From a virus (Duplodnaviria > Heunggongvirae > Uroviricota > Caudoviricetes): DNA of 28,026 nucleotides. This document shows positions 18,789 to 27,381 of this stretch, in pieces. Where the stretch lies: the IMG/VR virus record IMGVR_UViG_2636415477_000009, positions 1-28,026 of that record. One strand, 5' to 3'. The notes under the pieces are model-generated. The model worked only from the letters and a program-made list of their open reading frames with translations. It made no database searches and was not told where the DNA came from. A program made the translations under genes and the position numbers. Numbering within the stretch: position 1 is the stretch's first letter; each line of letters begins with the position of its first letter.

Positions 18789-18807
18789 GTGCTTTCCCCG
18801 CCTCGCC
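18789..18807. other. cos site (19-nt cohesive-end sequence)
   Basis: gtgctttccccgcctcgcc is the reverse complement of the P2 cohesive end GGCGAGGCGGGGAAAGCAC as I recall it; position next to Q matches P2. Confidence 0.75.
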
Positions 18808-19011
18808 CGCCCGCTTCGTGGGGCGGTTTTAATGCAGATGCATGTGAACACTCGAGATTGACTGGATAAGACCTAAGGTGCATTAATTTTTTGTTTTTTT
18901 ACATGCAGTTTGATGCAAGAACATGCCCTCTAAAGTCTTGGTTTAATGTGCTACACTTTTATACAAACCTATGATAAAAGCGATAAAAAATCTTCCATTT
19001 TGGCGAACATT

Positions 19012-19995
19012 ATGACGGATATTGAAACAGCTCGATGGAACACAGAAAGTGCCGCTTTGTTGGCACTATCAGAAATACATGGCGTTAGTTATTGGACTCT
19101 ATATAAAGTTGCTCAAAAGGGAATCAGATTTAGAGACATTGTTACCAGCCAAACATTAGCCAACTTTGAGTATCTACTTGGAGTAAAACTTCATCGCCAA
19201 CCTTATTATTTGAATGAAGGCAATTGGTCTGTTTTTCGGGACAGCATGATTTCTACGGCTAAAATATTACTCACACATTATCATAATAGTGGTTACAAAA
19301 TCATCCACCATGGTTCTCCGAGCTATCCAGACAAGTTGAATGACCTGTCTGAGCCGCCTTTCTGGTTGTTTGCTCAAGGCAATGTATCCTTGCTAGATAA
19401 AAAGTGTGTTGGAGTTGTCGGCACCAGAAACCCAACCGCACTTGGAATTTATTTAACTCAAGCAGTAATCTCGCAATTTATAGATTCGGATTATTCAACT
19501 GTAAGCGGTTTAGCATATGGTATAGATCAATCTGCACATGAAGCATCCCTGTTATTTAAAATACCGACAATTGCTGTGTTAGGTACTGGCGTAAACTCAA
19601 ATTATCCCAAAAATAGTGGCGAGATGAGAGGCCATATTGTAAATAATGGCGGACTGATTCTTACTGAGTATTTACCAAACCAAAAACCATCACAGGAAAA
19701 CTTTGTTCGTAGAAATAGAATTCAAGCAGCTTTAAGTGATGTATTGATCCCAGTTGAATGGGGCCTAAAAAGTGGGACATCTCATACTGTGAGATATGCT
19801 GCTCAATTAAAAAGAGCGATACTTTGTCCTTTACTTAGGGGAACTACACCTCAAGAAGAGATTAAACATGCCTTGTCAGAGTACTCAGCTACGATAATGA
19901 ATATTCCACTATCCGATTTTAAAGACGTGCAAAGCTTAATTAAATCAGCATCCGGTGTAAAAACACAGCAACTTTCTCTTCTGGGAGATGAATAA
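19012..19995 (+). CDS. DprA/Smf-like (SLOG-type Rossmann fold) protein; first gene of the hotspot cargo operon
   Basis: Motifs matching the DprA family: PDKLNDLSEPPFWLFAQGNVSLL, GVVGTRNPTALG, SGLAYGIDQSAHEASL, IAVLGTGVNSNYPKNSGEM, ENFVRRNRIQAALSDVLIPVEWGLKSGTSHT. AT-rich. Start uncertain: ATG at 19012 (MTDIE...) preferred, upstream in-frame ATG at 18946 possible. Confidence 0.75.
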   Translation: MTDIETARWNTESAALLALSEIHGVSYWTLYKVAQKGIRFRDIVTSQTLANFEYLLGVKLHRQPYYLNEGNWSVFRDSMISTAKILLTHYHNSGYKIIHHGSPSYPDKLNDLSEPPFWLFAQGNVSLLDKKCVGVVGTRNPTALGIYLTQAVISQFIDSDYSTVSGLAYGIDQSAHEASLLFKIPTIAVLGTGVNSNYPKNSGEMRGHIVNNGGLILTEYLPNQKPSQENFVRRNRIQAALSDVLIPVEWGLKSGTSHTVRYAAQLKRAILCPLLRGTTPQEEIKHALSEYSATIMNIPLSDFKDVQSLIKSASGVKTQQLSLLGDE

Positions 19996-19996
19996 T

Positions 19997-21271
19997 ATGT
20001 ATTTAAAGGCAGTTATATTTTCAATCGCAGATGTTGTATTACCATTAACATCTAACACTCAACCTCAGGAACTAAAATCTAGAATCGACTCTGAATTACG
20101 TAAGTTGTTTGCGTTTTTGTCATCAAAAGGGATTAAAGTTATCTTCTTGACAAATAAAAATAGAAACGTGAGAACACATGACGGGATCGTAACACTAGAC
20201 GAATACCTAAAAAGGAAATTCCCAGAATCAATTCACTTTTGCCGTGAACTCGACAACAACATACCAGCAAAACAAACAGGGAAGGCCATAGATTTCATCA
20301 TGGCTGCGTTAGAATTAAAACGAAACGAAATGATCTATGTAGGGCGTTCTCAGGAAGACTTACAAGCAGCTACCAACGGGAATACCCTATTTATTAATGC
20401 GACCTGGTATGAACCGGTTACTGAGTACGGTTTTCAATTTTCAGAACCCAAAGAAATCGCTAGATTTATTGATGTCTTTTGCTTAAGAGAGCAGTTGTGG
20501 GGATGGCAAGGGCATTTTAATGAAGATGTTCACTACTACGCCTTAGCACCATTTAGCACATATGTCCCTGAATTTACAATGTATTCAGCCAATGCAAGAG
20601 ACCTCGCAAAGCTATCGGTTGGAAGCCCCGATTTTTGGATAAGATATCTTGGTGCTAGCATTTATTTCTCTGGCTTAAGTGAAGGAGCAAGTTTTATAAC
20701 CACCTACGTTGGACATAACGCTGAAGATCCTTATAAACTAGCAAACATTATGGAGCATGACCTAAAAGGTTTAGCAGTCTCATTCAAAGGAAAGTATCTA
20801 AAAGATCTATTCTTACGACATACAACAGCTATTAAATCACAGCAAGCTCGGATAGCTAAGCAAGAAGTAAACATCACATCTCAAATAAACACCGTTAATT
20901 TAAATCCTGCCCCTATTAAAAACCTCATCACCGGCGAAAGATATACCAACCCTCCTAAATTGAAAGGTAAGAAAATATTAGTTATTGATGATTTTTGCAC
21001 TGAAGGAAATGCTCATGAAACAGCCAGAATGTATCTAAAAGCTGCAGGCGCAAATGTAATAAATATATCGTGGTTAAAAACCATCAATCGTGACGTTTCT
21101 ATCTGTGAACCAACTCGCAAGATACGGCCATGGGAGGCCAATACACTTGATGTTGATGACATTAACTATGTCGGTACGATTGGTTATGCTGAAAATGTAA
21201 CTCACGGTAGTGCACCTCAAGTGTTATCAGAAAAAATTCAACAATATGATAACTGGGACTGGCCACAATAA
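19997..21271 (+). CDS. Phosphoribosyltransferase-domain protein (C-terminal type-I PRT motif; N-terminal ~300 aa unassigned, possibly degenerate HAD-like); second cargo gene
   Basis: C-terminal KGKKILVIDDFCTEGNAHETARMYLKAAGANV fits the PRPP-binding loop of type-I PRTases. N-terminus has AVIFSIADVVLPLT and MIYVGRSQEDL, weakly reminiscent of HAD motifs I and IV. SD-like gggag precedes the ATG at 19997; an ATG at 19988 overlaps the upstream stop. Confidence 0.7.
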   Translation: MYLKAVIFSIADVVLPLTSNTQPQELKSRIDSELRKLFAFLSSKGIKVIFLTNKNRNVRTHDGIVTLDEYLKRKFPESIHFCRELDNNIPAKQTGKAIDFIMAALELKRNEMIYVGRSQEDLQAATNGNTLFINATWYEPVTEYGFQFSEPKEIARFIDVFCLREQLWGWQGHFNEDVHYYALAPFSTYVPEFTMYSANARDLAKLSVGSPDFWIRYLGASIYFSGLSEGASFITTYVGHNAEDPYKLANIMEHDLKGLAVSFKGKYLKDLFLRHTTAIKSQQARIAKQEVNITSQINTVNLNPAPIKNLITGERYTNPPKLKGKKILVIDDFCTEGNAHETARMYLKAAGANVINISWLKTINRDVSICEPTRKIRPWEANTLDVDDINYVGTIGYAENVTHGSAPQVLSEKIQQYDNWDWPQ

Positions 21272-21287
21272 ATTAATCCCATAATTT

Positions 21288-21317
21288 AAAGTGCCCCCTA
21301 ATAATGGGAGGCACTTT
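21288..21317. terminator. Bidirectional terminator between the cargo operon and gene A
   Basis: Palindrome aaagtgccccc-taataat-gggaggcacttt with T/A runs on both sides, between convergent genes ending at 21271 (+) and 21447 (-). Confidence 0.55.
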
Positions 21318-21446
21318 AAATATTAAGAAGATAATGTCATTAAGCGAAATTTAACTATAATTTAAAACATTACAATTATTATTTTTTAAAGTTTACTATT
21401 ACCCAATCCATCAATAAGACCTGTATTTATTCGTAATTTAATAGCC

Positions 21447-23702
21447 TTACCACTCATCAATCACTGGATATTTGAATTTTTTATTATCATAAATCACCAT
21501 CGCCCCACGCGCCAGCGCCTCAAGCTCCCATCGCTGAGGCCTGATACCGTTCTGAGCAAGGTCAACGCGGATACGGGTAATTTGCAATCGTTCCGGCCGG
21601 GTCAGCCTGGCCGATGGTGCAATTTCATGTGGTTTTAACGGGCTTCCGTTTCTTTGCTGACGATTTGGTGTTCTCAGGCCGTGTTTTAATGCGCCCCTGA
21701 GCACCCTCACGACCTCCGGGTCATTCCATTCGATAACACCGTCATCAACCAGATTAAGCACTGCTGCGGCGTGTTCAGAAGGTGTGGGAGCCGGTAACGA
21801 AGTATCACCACTGGTGAGCTTTCCACAGTTATTGACAGGACTCCGAGGCGCGGCGATGCCGCTTTTTAAAGTCAAAGGCTCAACGACCGGCACTTTCGGA
21901 ACAATGCGCCAGTCCGTCGTTCTGGTGATATGAATATGACGCGCGCCGAGATGCGGCGCGTAAATGCCGACCACTCTCTCGACTTCTTCCTCGTACTCGT
22001 TAACTTCATCCGACGGACTACGGGCAACCCTGACAGTCTGACAATCGCGCGGGACATTTGCCCCGCCCTGCGCGCTGATATACAGCGCAAAATCGCCACT
22101 GTCTGCGGCGGCGCGTGCAGCCTCCACGCGTTCGTCAAATTCATCAGCAATGCTGACGCCGCGAGGCAATTTACGTAGCTCACGGTAAGCTCCCATTGTC
22201 GGCAGGCCAACCGTTTTAAATTGCGGGATGCGCCACGTTGACGCCCATGCGGTAACAGCCGCCGCAGTATCTTTCAGCGGTCTGCCGGTATCGTTATCGA
22301 GCTGACCGTCCAGTGCATAGCCGTCGATATTTTTTGAAATGTATTTCGCGATATATCCCGCAGCACCGCCCCGGTTAAGGTGTTTTGCCTGAAAACGGTT
22401 TCGCGCGGCTCCTCTTTCGTCGCCATCCTCTTTGAGCGCATAGCGACGCATGATTTCGATAATCTGGTTACGCTGGCGTGGATTACAAAAAAGCATCATA
22501 TGCCAGTGCGGCGTTCCGTCGTGGTGTGGCTCGACGACTCGCAAACCGTAGACCTGTAAATCATTATCCTTGAATGCCGTGCGCATCAGGCTCCAGATAC
22601 GGCAGAGATAACGCTGCGCATCCTTTGGATTAAATGCCTCATCGTTCCAGCCGTGATTAAGCTGGACGGTTTTACTTTCGCCTTTTCCGACCTGACGTGT
22701 CGGGTGATACTTTGACGGCGCGGTCAGCGTGATAAACATGCCCACATCGCCCTCTGCGGCGGCGTAACGCTCAATACCGGCAATGGTGTTCATCAGCTCC
22801 ATCCGGCGAATTTCAGGATTAGAAATACTGCCCATCACCTTACTGATAAGGTCGATGCGCTCGCCGGTTTCCCTGTTTTCAAGGTCACACGATTTAAGAA
22901 ATTCCAGATTTGCCTGGCGGCGCGCACGCACATCACGAATGGCATGTTTACTGGCATAAGGAGAACGGTCTTTATTGACCTCCCCGACAGCAATCAGTAA
23001 CGCCTCATGCCAGCGCATACGCTGGCCTTTAAGCTGATGAGTCCACCACTCATCGTTAAACAGACGGGCAATGGCAGAATATGCCTGCCTCGTGGTCATC
23101 TGTCCTTTACGGTATTTTTTCCAGTAGAGAGGGGAAATATTGAAAGCACGTGCAGCGCCAGCAACATGACCATACAGATGCGCCTGCGCCTCATCTGTAA
23201 ACAGCGATTCTTTCTCGCCATGTGCATCAACCCATGCATCGCAGAGTTCCTCATACATCATGAAAAGCTGCGATGAGATACGGGCGGCAAACTTTTTCAG
23301 CTCCTTGTCATTCATCCCCGGCAGACGCGCATAATGGTCACGCTCTGCCAGAAACAGCAACGACGCGTCGGTATTCATTTCATGGCGCTGATTCACGCGC
23401 TCAATACGCGGCCATAAACGGCGCTGAAAAGTGGATGTGAGGAAATAAAACCCGTGCACCGGGCTTTTATTGCGCCGGATGTAGTCATAGCGTGAAGTAA
23501 ACAGCGAGCGCAAAAAGTAAGGCAGGCGATTAATCGTGGATAAAACACCTTGCACCTGACGCATCTCGTCACGTGTAAGGGGTCTTTCGCGCCCGACGGC
23601 CTCGCGTGGCGCGTTCCATGCATAAGCACCGGTAAACGTCTCACCGGTGCCTGCGGCAAATACTGACGGAGGGACAAAACGCCCGGAGGCTTTAACGGCC
23701 AT
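21447..23702 (-). CDS. Replication initiation protein gpA (rolling-circle initiator)
   Basis: About 751 aa from the internal start MAVKASGRFVPPSVFAAGTGETFTGAYAWNAPREAV...; matches P2 gpA. The tracked ORF extends to 23744. Confidence 0.9.
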   Translation of the reverse strand: MAVKASGRFVPPSVFAAGTGETFTGAYAWNAPREAVGRERPLTRDEMRQVQGVLSTINRLPYFLRSLFTSRYDYIRRNKSPVHGFYFLTSTFQRRLWPRIERVNQRHEMNTDASLLFLAERDHYARLPGMNDKELKKFAARISSQLFMMYEELCDAWVDAHGEKESLFTDEAQAHLYGHVAGAARAFNISPLYWKKYRKGQMTTRQAYSAIARLFNDEWWTHQLKGQRMRWHEALLIAVGEVNKDRSPYASKHAIRDVRARRQANLEFLKSCDLENRETGERIDLISKVMGSISNPEIRRMELMNTIAGIERYAAAEGDVGMFITLTAPSKYHPTRQVGKGESKTVQLNHGWNDEAFNPKDAQRYLCRIWSLMRTAFKDNDLQVYGLRVVEPHHDGTPHWHMMLFCNPRQRNQIIEIMRRYALKEDGDERGAARNRFQAKHLNRGGAAGYIAKYISKNIDGYALDGQLDNDTGRPLKDTAAAVTAWASTWRIPQFKTVGLPTMGAYRELRKLPRGVSIADEFDERVEAARAAADSGDFALYISAQGGANVPRDCQTVRVARSPSDEVNEYEEEVERVVGIYAPHLGARHIHITRTTDWRIVPKVPVVEPLTLKSGIAAPRSPVNNCGKLTSGDTSLPAPTPSEHAAAVLNLVDDGVIEWNDPEVVRVLRGALKHGLRTPNRQQRNGSPLKPHEIAPSARLTRPERLQITRIRVDLAQNGIRPQRWELEALARGAMVIYDNKKFKYPVIDEW

Positions 23703-23967
23703 ATGAGCCAAAAGCCTCTGAACAACGCTTGCTGAGTTGCTCAACCTGCGCGTTTAAATCAGCAAAAGACTTTGCGCTTCCGGTCAGAATATCGTGATGC
23801 ATCAGGCCGGAAACGAGCTGGCTTAATTTCGGGTAATAACCAACCACCGCCAGCCATTCCTGACCGGCGTTTTTACCGCTTTCAGCTCTCTTTTTCTCGT
23901 GGAGAATAAACTGAAAGCTGTCACTGGTAACGACATAACGTTCGCCAATTTCAATACGAATACTCAT
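23692..23967 (-). CDS. Small early-operon protein (P2 orf83 position)
   Basis: 91-aa ORF overlapping the A start; one of four small ORFs between B and A, as in P2. Confidence 0.6.
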   Translation of the reverse strand: MSIRIEIGERYVVTSDSFQFILHEKKRAESGKNAGQEWLAVVGYYPKLSQLVSGLMHHDILTGSAKSFADLNAQVEQLSKRCSEAFGSYGR

Positions 23968-24188
23968 GCCGTTCTCCGGTAATGTTTGTTTTTTGCTTCA
24001 AAGACTGACTGGCAGGAAACACAACGCGTGGCTGACGGATAAGCCGCACGACGGGCAGCAGGTATTGGCGCGTCACACTCTTCGCAAACCAGCGCAGAAA
24101 CACCGCAATGCTTTACCCTTGCCGCGTTAATCTGGCGCTCCAGTAATTCAGCCTGTTGTTCCTGAATAAAATCTACGTTGTCCGGCAT
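23964..24188 (-). CDS. TraR/DksA-family C4 zinc-finger protein (P2 orf82 position)
   Basis: 74 aa with a CxxC...CxxC motif (CEECDAPIP...CVSCQ), typical of the TraR/DksA zinc finger. Confidence 0.7.
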   Translation of the reverse strand: MPDNVDFIQEQQAELLERQINAARVKHCGVSALVCEECDAPIPAARRAAYPSATRCVSCQSVFEAKNKHYRRTA

Positions 24189-24493
24189 TACCAGCTCCTT
24201 TTGTCGTTAAGTTTTTTAAATTCATCAGCGCAATAGCTGGCAATTTCTGTCGTTAATTTCGTCAGTTCATCCACGGAGGAGATTTGCTTGTGAAATACAG
24301 CGCGTTTAACAAGTAAATTGACCACATCAGACAGGAGATTTAATTCGTTCTGATAAATCGCGATAACAGACTCAGTTATTTCGCGTTTTTCTTTATCAAG
24401 ACCAAGTTGAATAAGAGATAAATCGCCATTTTTCATAACGGCGATTTTTAAGGCGTTATTCAGTAATACAACTGAACGAGAACAGGACATCAA
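24188..24493 (-). CDS. Small early-operon protein (P2 orf81 position)
   Basis: 101-aa ORF with overlapping start/stop codons to its neighbours, consistent with a coupled operon. Confidence 0.55.
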   Translation of the reverse strand: MMSCSRSVVLLNNALKIAVMKNGDLSLIQLGLDKEKREITESVIAIYQNELNLLSDVVNLLVKRAVFHKQISSVDELTKLTTEIASYCADEFKKLNDKRSW

Positions 24494-24747
24494 AGCACCT
24501 CCCCGCGAGACAATCCAATATTGTGAAATTTTTCCGACTCCTGACTGAGCAGCTCTACTATCTCCACGCGGGATAACTCCGCCTTTGTGATGTGGCGAAT
24601 CATGGCGTCAAGATGAGAAGAAAAGCGCGTCGCTGCGTCGGCCTGTGCTTCGGTTCTGGCCTGTTGCAGCAGTAATGCGTATTTACCGCACTGATTTTCA
24701 GAAACTGTATGCATGACTTTCTCCAGGCAAAAAGAAGCCCCGCACAA
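24490..24747 (-). CDS. Small early-operon protein (P2 orf80 position); start may be the internal ATG at 24714
   Basis: 85-aa ORF immediately downstream of B on the same strand. Confidence 0.5.
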   Translation of the reverse strand: MCGASFCLEKVMHTVSENQCGKYALLLQQARTEAQADAATRFSSHLDAMIRHITKAELSRVEIVELLSQESEKFHNIGLSRGEVL

Positions 24748-24777
24748 TTAAGTGCGTTAAAAACTCTGGTTAATTAC

Positions 24778-25284
24778 TTAATGCAGATATTGCTCTGGTT
24801 TTACCGACGTCAGAATTGTCGGTGCATACTCAAACAGGCTGAATAATTCACGTAATGCACGGAATAAAGCATCACGCCAGTAACATGATTCTTCATTAAT
24901 TCGCCAGTATGGCTGGTTGAATTCTTTTTCAGTCAATCCGGCATGCATAAATAAAGTACGACGCTGACTGACTGTTAAAAAACTAATATATGCATACTCA
25001 CTTGCGCCAACCTGACGGCGTTTTGAGAATGCCCCACGCAATTCATCAATTGCGCAAACCAGCCGTTCACGTTCGACGTCGTTCATTTCTTCAAAACGCA
25101 TCGTTGCGTGACGTTGTTTTAACTGCGCATGAAAGCAAACTGTTAGCCGTTCGCGCTCCATCATCTGATTATAATAATCACATGTATCCTGCCAGCGAGG
25201 AACGGCAAGATGCTTACCAATTATCCGACGCATGGTTGCTGGCTGTTTTTCAACGAGATTGAGCGTCATCACTGTCATTTCCAT
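24778..25284 (-). CDS. Replication protein gpB
   Basis: 168 aa; MEMTVMTLNLVEKQPATMRRIIGKHLAVPRWQDTCDYYNQMMERERL... matches P2 gpB. Confidence 0.9.
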   Translation of the reverse strand: MEMTVMTLNLVEKQPATMRRIIGKHLAVPRWQDTCDYYNQMMERERLTVCFHAQLKQRHATMRFEEMNDVERERLVCAIDELRGAFSKRRQVGASEYAYISFLTVSQRRTLFMHAGLTEKEFNQPYWRINEESCYWRDALFRALRELFSLFEYAPTILTSVKPEQYLH

Positions 25285-25469
25285 ACCCTCCGGCTTTTCA
25301 GAAAGGTCAGAGCCTTTTTTAACGGACTCTGTTTTTTGGTGCGGATAATGATTCCCTTACGCCCCTTACCGTGGGTGATGGTGAAGTCAATCGCCCTGGG
25401 GCTTTCGTTACGCAGTAACTGAGCAATACAACGAGGCTCATTCATACGGTTCTCCTTAACGTGGTTCAC
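25275..25469 (-). CDS. Small early protein (P2 orf78 position)
   Basis: 64-aa ORF between cox and B with overlapping termini. Confidence 0.5.
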   Translation of the reverse strand: MNHVKENRMNEPRCIAQLLRNESPRAIDFTITHGKGRKGIIIRTKKQSPLKKALTFLKSRRVWK

Positions 25470-25731
25470 CGAGACCTAACCACATCAACCAGCCGTCACG
25501 AATCTCTTTAGGGCGGCTTTCATAAGCCAGTTTTAGTCCGTTATTCCATGCCGGAAGGTATACCCAATATTCACCTGCACGACCTGAAGCTGATTGTGGA
25601 TCGGTCATATCAATTACAGGCAGCTTTCCTTTATCGATCATCCGACGAACCGCTCCTGTCGATTTTCCTATTAGTTTTGCGAACTCCTGATAAGGAATCG
25701 CATCAGTCATGAGTGTTACTTGCTTACTCAT
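25456..25731 (-). CDS. cox: Cox (excisionase and transcriptional regulator of the lysogeny switch)
   Basis: 91 aa; MSKQVTLMTDAIPYQEFAKLIGKSTGAVRRMIDKGKLPVIDMTDPQSASGRAGEYWVYLPAWNNG... matches P2 Cox. Confidence 0.9.
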   Translation of the reverse strand: MSKQVTLMTDAIPYQEFAKLIGKSTGAVRRMIDKGKLPVIDMTDPQSASGRAGEYWVYLPAWNNGLKLAYESRPKEIRDGWLMWLGLGEPR

Positions 25732-25845
25732 GTCGTCCTCCAGCCCTCATGAATTGCGTTTAATGCCTTATAATGCCTTTTAGTGCCCACATCCAAGCAC
25801 TAAACAATCTACATCTAAACTAAATACTATTGAGATCTAAACACC
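25732..25845. promoter_or_regulatory. Lysogeny switch region between cox and C (face-to-face early and repressor promoters with operator repeats)
   Basis: Intergenic region between the cox and C genes. Direct repeat atctaaac at 25813..25820 and 25835..25842 (22 bp apart), a plausible repressor operator pair; a tataat-like cttataatg lies upstream. Confidence 0.5.
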
Positions 25846-26145
25846 ATGTCAAACACGATAAGCGAGAAGATAGTCTTAATGCGAAAATCAGAGTATTTGA
25901 GCAGACAACAACTTGCTGATTTAACAGGGGTTCCGTATGGCACGCTGAGTTACTATGAAAGTGGTCGTTCAACACCTCCAACAGATGTCATGATGAACAT
26001 CCTGCAGACCCCACAATTCACCAAATACACTTTATGGTTCATGACCAATCAGATCGCTCCTGAGTCCGGGCAAATTGCGCCCGCTCTCGCACACTTTGGG
26101 CAAAACGAAACAACGTCGCCCCACTCCGGTCAAAAGACTGGTTAA
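25846..26145 (+). CDS. C: Immunity repressor C
   Basis: 99 aa; MSNTISEKIVLMRKSEYLSRQQLADLTGVPYGTLSYYESGRSTPPTDVMM... matches P2 C; HTH motif. Confidence 0.9.
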   Translation: MSNTISEKIVLMRKSEYLSRQQLADLTGVPYGTLSYYESGRSTPPTDVMMNILQTPQFTKYTLWFMTNQIAPESGQIAPALAHFGQNETTSPHSGQKTG

Positions 26146-26260
26146 CAATTCATCGTGAATATATTCATTACAAGTGCCTACTATTGGTGGCTAAATTTCA
26201 GCCACCACGAAAAAAGCGATTAGTAGTCGCAAAAAAACACACCACTCGGAGGGTTTTCTG

Positions 26261-27274
26261 ATGGCAATCAAAAAACTCGATGATGGTCGATATGAAGTGG
26301 ACATCCGCCCTACTGGACGTAATGGAAAACGCATCCGTAGGAAGTTTGATAAGAAAAGCGAAGCTGTCGCTTTCGAGAAATACACGTTGTACAACCACCA
26401 CAATAAAGAATGGCTATCAAAACCAACAGACAAACGACGTCTGTCGGAACTGACACAGATCTGGTGGGATTTAAAGGGTAAACACGAAGAGCATGGGAAA
26501 TCTAATCTTGGAAAAATTGAAATCTTCACAAAAATAACGAATGACCCATGCGCATTTCAAATCACGAAATCCCTTATCAGCCAGTACTGCGCCACCCGAA
26601 GAAGTCAGGGTATTAAACCTTCGAGTATCAATCGTGATTTAACATGTATTAGCGGCATGTTTACAGCCCTGATTGAAGCGGAGTTATTCTTTGGTGAGCA
26701 CCCTATCAGAGGGACAAAGAGGCTTAAGGAGGAAAAACCAGAAACAGGCTATCTCACACAGGAAGAAATTGCCTTACTGCTTGCAGCACTTGACGGCGAC
26801 AATAAAAAGATTGCGATTCTTTGCCTGAGTACAGGAGCACGTTGGGGAGAAGCAGCTCGTTTGAAAGCAGAAAATATCATCCATAACCGCGTCACGTTTG
26901 TTAAAACGAAAACAAACAAACCACGCACCGTCCCGATCTCAGAGGCTGTTGCCAAAATGATCGCGGATAACAAACGAGGTTTTTTATTCCCTGGTGCTGA
27001 TTACCCTCGCTTCAGACGAACAATGAAAGCAATAAAACCGGATTTGCCAATGGGGCAAGCCACACATGCACTAAGGCACAGCTTTGCCACTCATTTCATG
27101 ATTAATGGAGGAAGTATTATCACGCTACAACGGATACTAGGTCACACGCGGATTGAGCAAACGATGGTTTACGCTCATTTTGCGCCAGAGTACCTTCAGG
27201 ACGCCATTTCTCTTAATCCGCTAAGAGGTGGTACTGAGGCCGAGAGTGTCCACACAGTGTCCACAGTAGAGTAA
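26261..27274 (+). CDS. int: Tyrosine integrase
   Basis: 337 aa; C-terminal HALRHSFATHFMINGGSIITLQRILGHTRIEQTMVYAHF carries the R..HxxR..Y catalytic signature; adjacent to attR. Confidence 0.9.
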   Translation: MAIKKLDDGRYEVDIRPTGRNGKRIRRKFDKKSEAVAFEKYTLYNHHNKEWLSKPTDKRRLSELTQIWWDLKGKHEEHGKSNLGKIEIFTKITNDPCAFQITKSLISQYCATRRSQGIKPSSINRDLTCISGMFTALIEAELFFGEHPIRGTKRLKEEKPETGYLTQEEIALLLAALDGDNKKIAILCLSTGARWGEAARLKAENIIHNRVTFVKTKTNKPRTVPISEAVAKMIADNKRGFLFPGADYPRFRRTMKAIKPDLPMGQATHALRHSFATHFMINGGSIITLQRILGHTRIEQTMVYAHFAPEYLQDAISLNPLRGGTEAESVHTVSTVE

Positions 27275-27353
27275 CGTTTAAGGGCTTTCAGTGGTAATTT
27301 ATGCCGCTCAAACCCGCATTGTACCGTTGAAAGCCCCTACTGGTGACACCCTG

Positions 27354-27381
27354 AATCTCCCTTACACGGGCTTATTTTTTA
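27354..27381. repeat. Prophage attachment core, right copy (attR)
   Basis: aatctcccttacacgggcttatttttta, identical to 3209..3236; 80 bp downstream of int. Confidence 0.8.

Larger units (their letters stand above)
3209..27381. mobile_element. P2-like (Peduovirus-type) prophage, probably defective (IS-associated loss of tail genes), integrated at cyaR
   Basis: Flanked by 28-bp direct repeats; ogr at the left end and int/C/cox at the right; internal order and protein sequences follow P2; about 24 kb versus about 33.6 kb for P2. Confidence 0.85.

Noticed and set aside
21872-22210. 112-aa and 82-aa ORFs inside gene A
   Set aside because: Nested out of frame or antisense within the replication initiator gene; no independent support.
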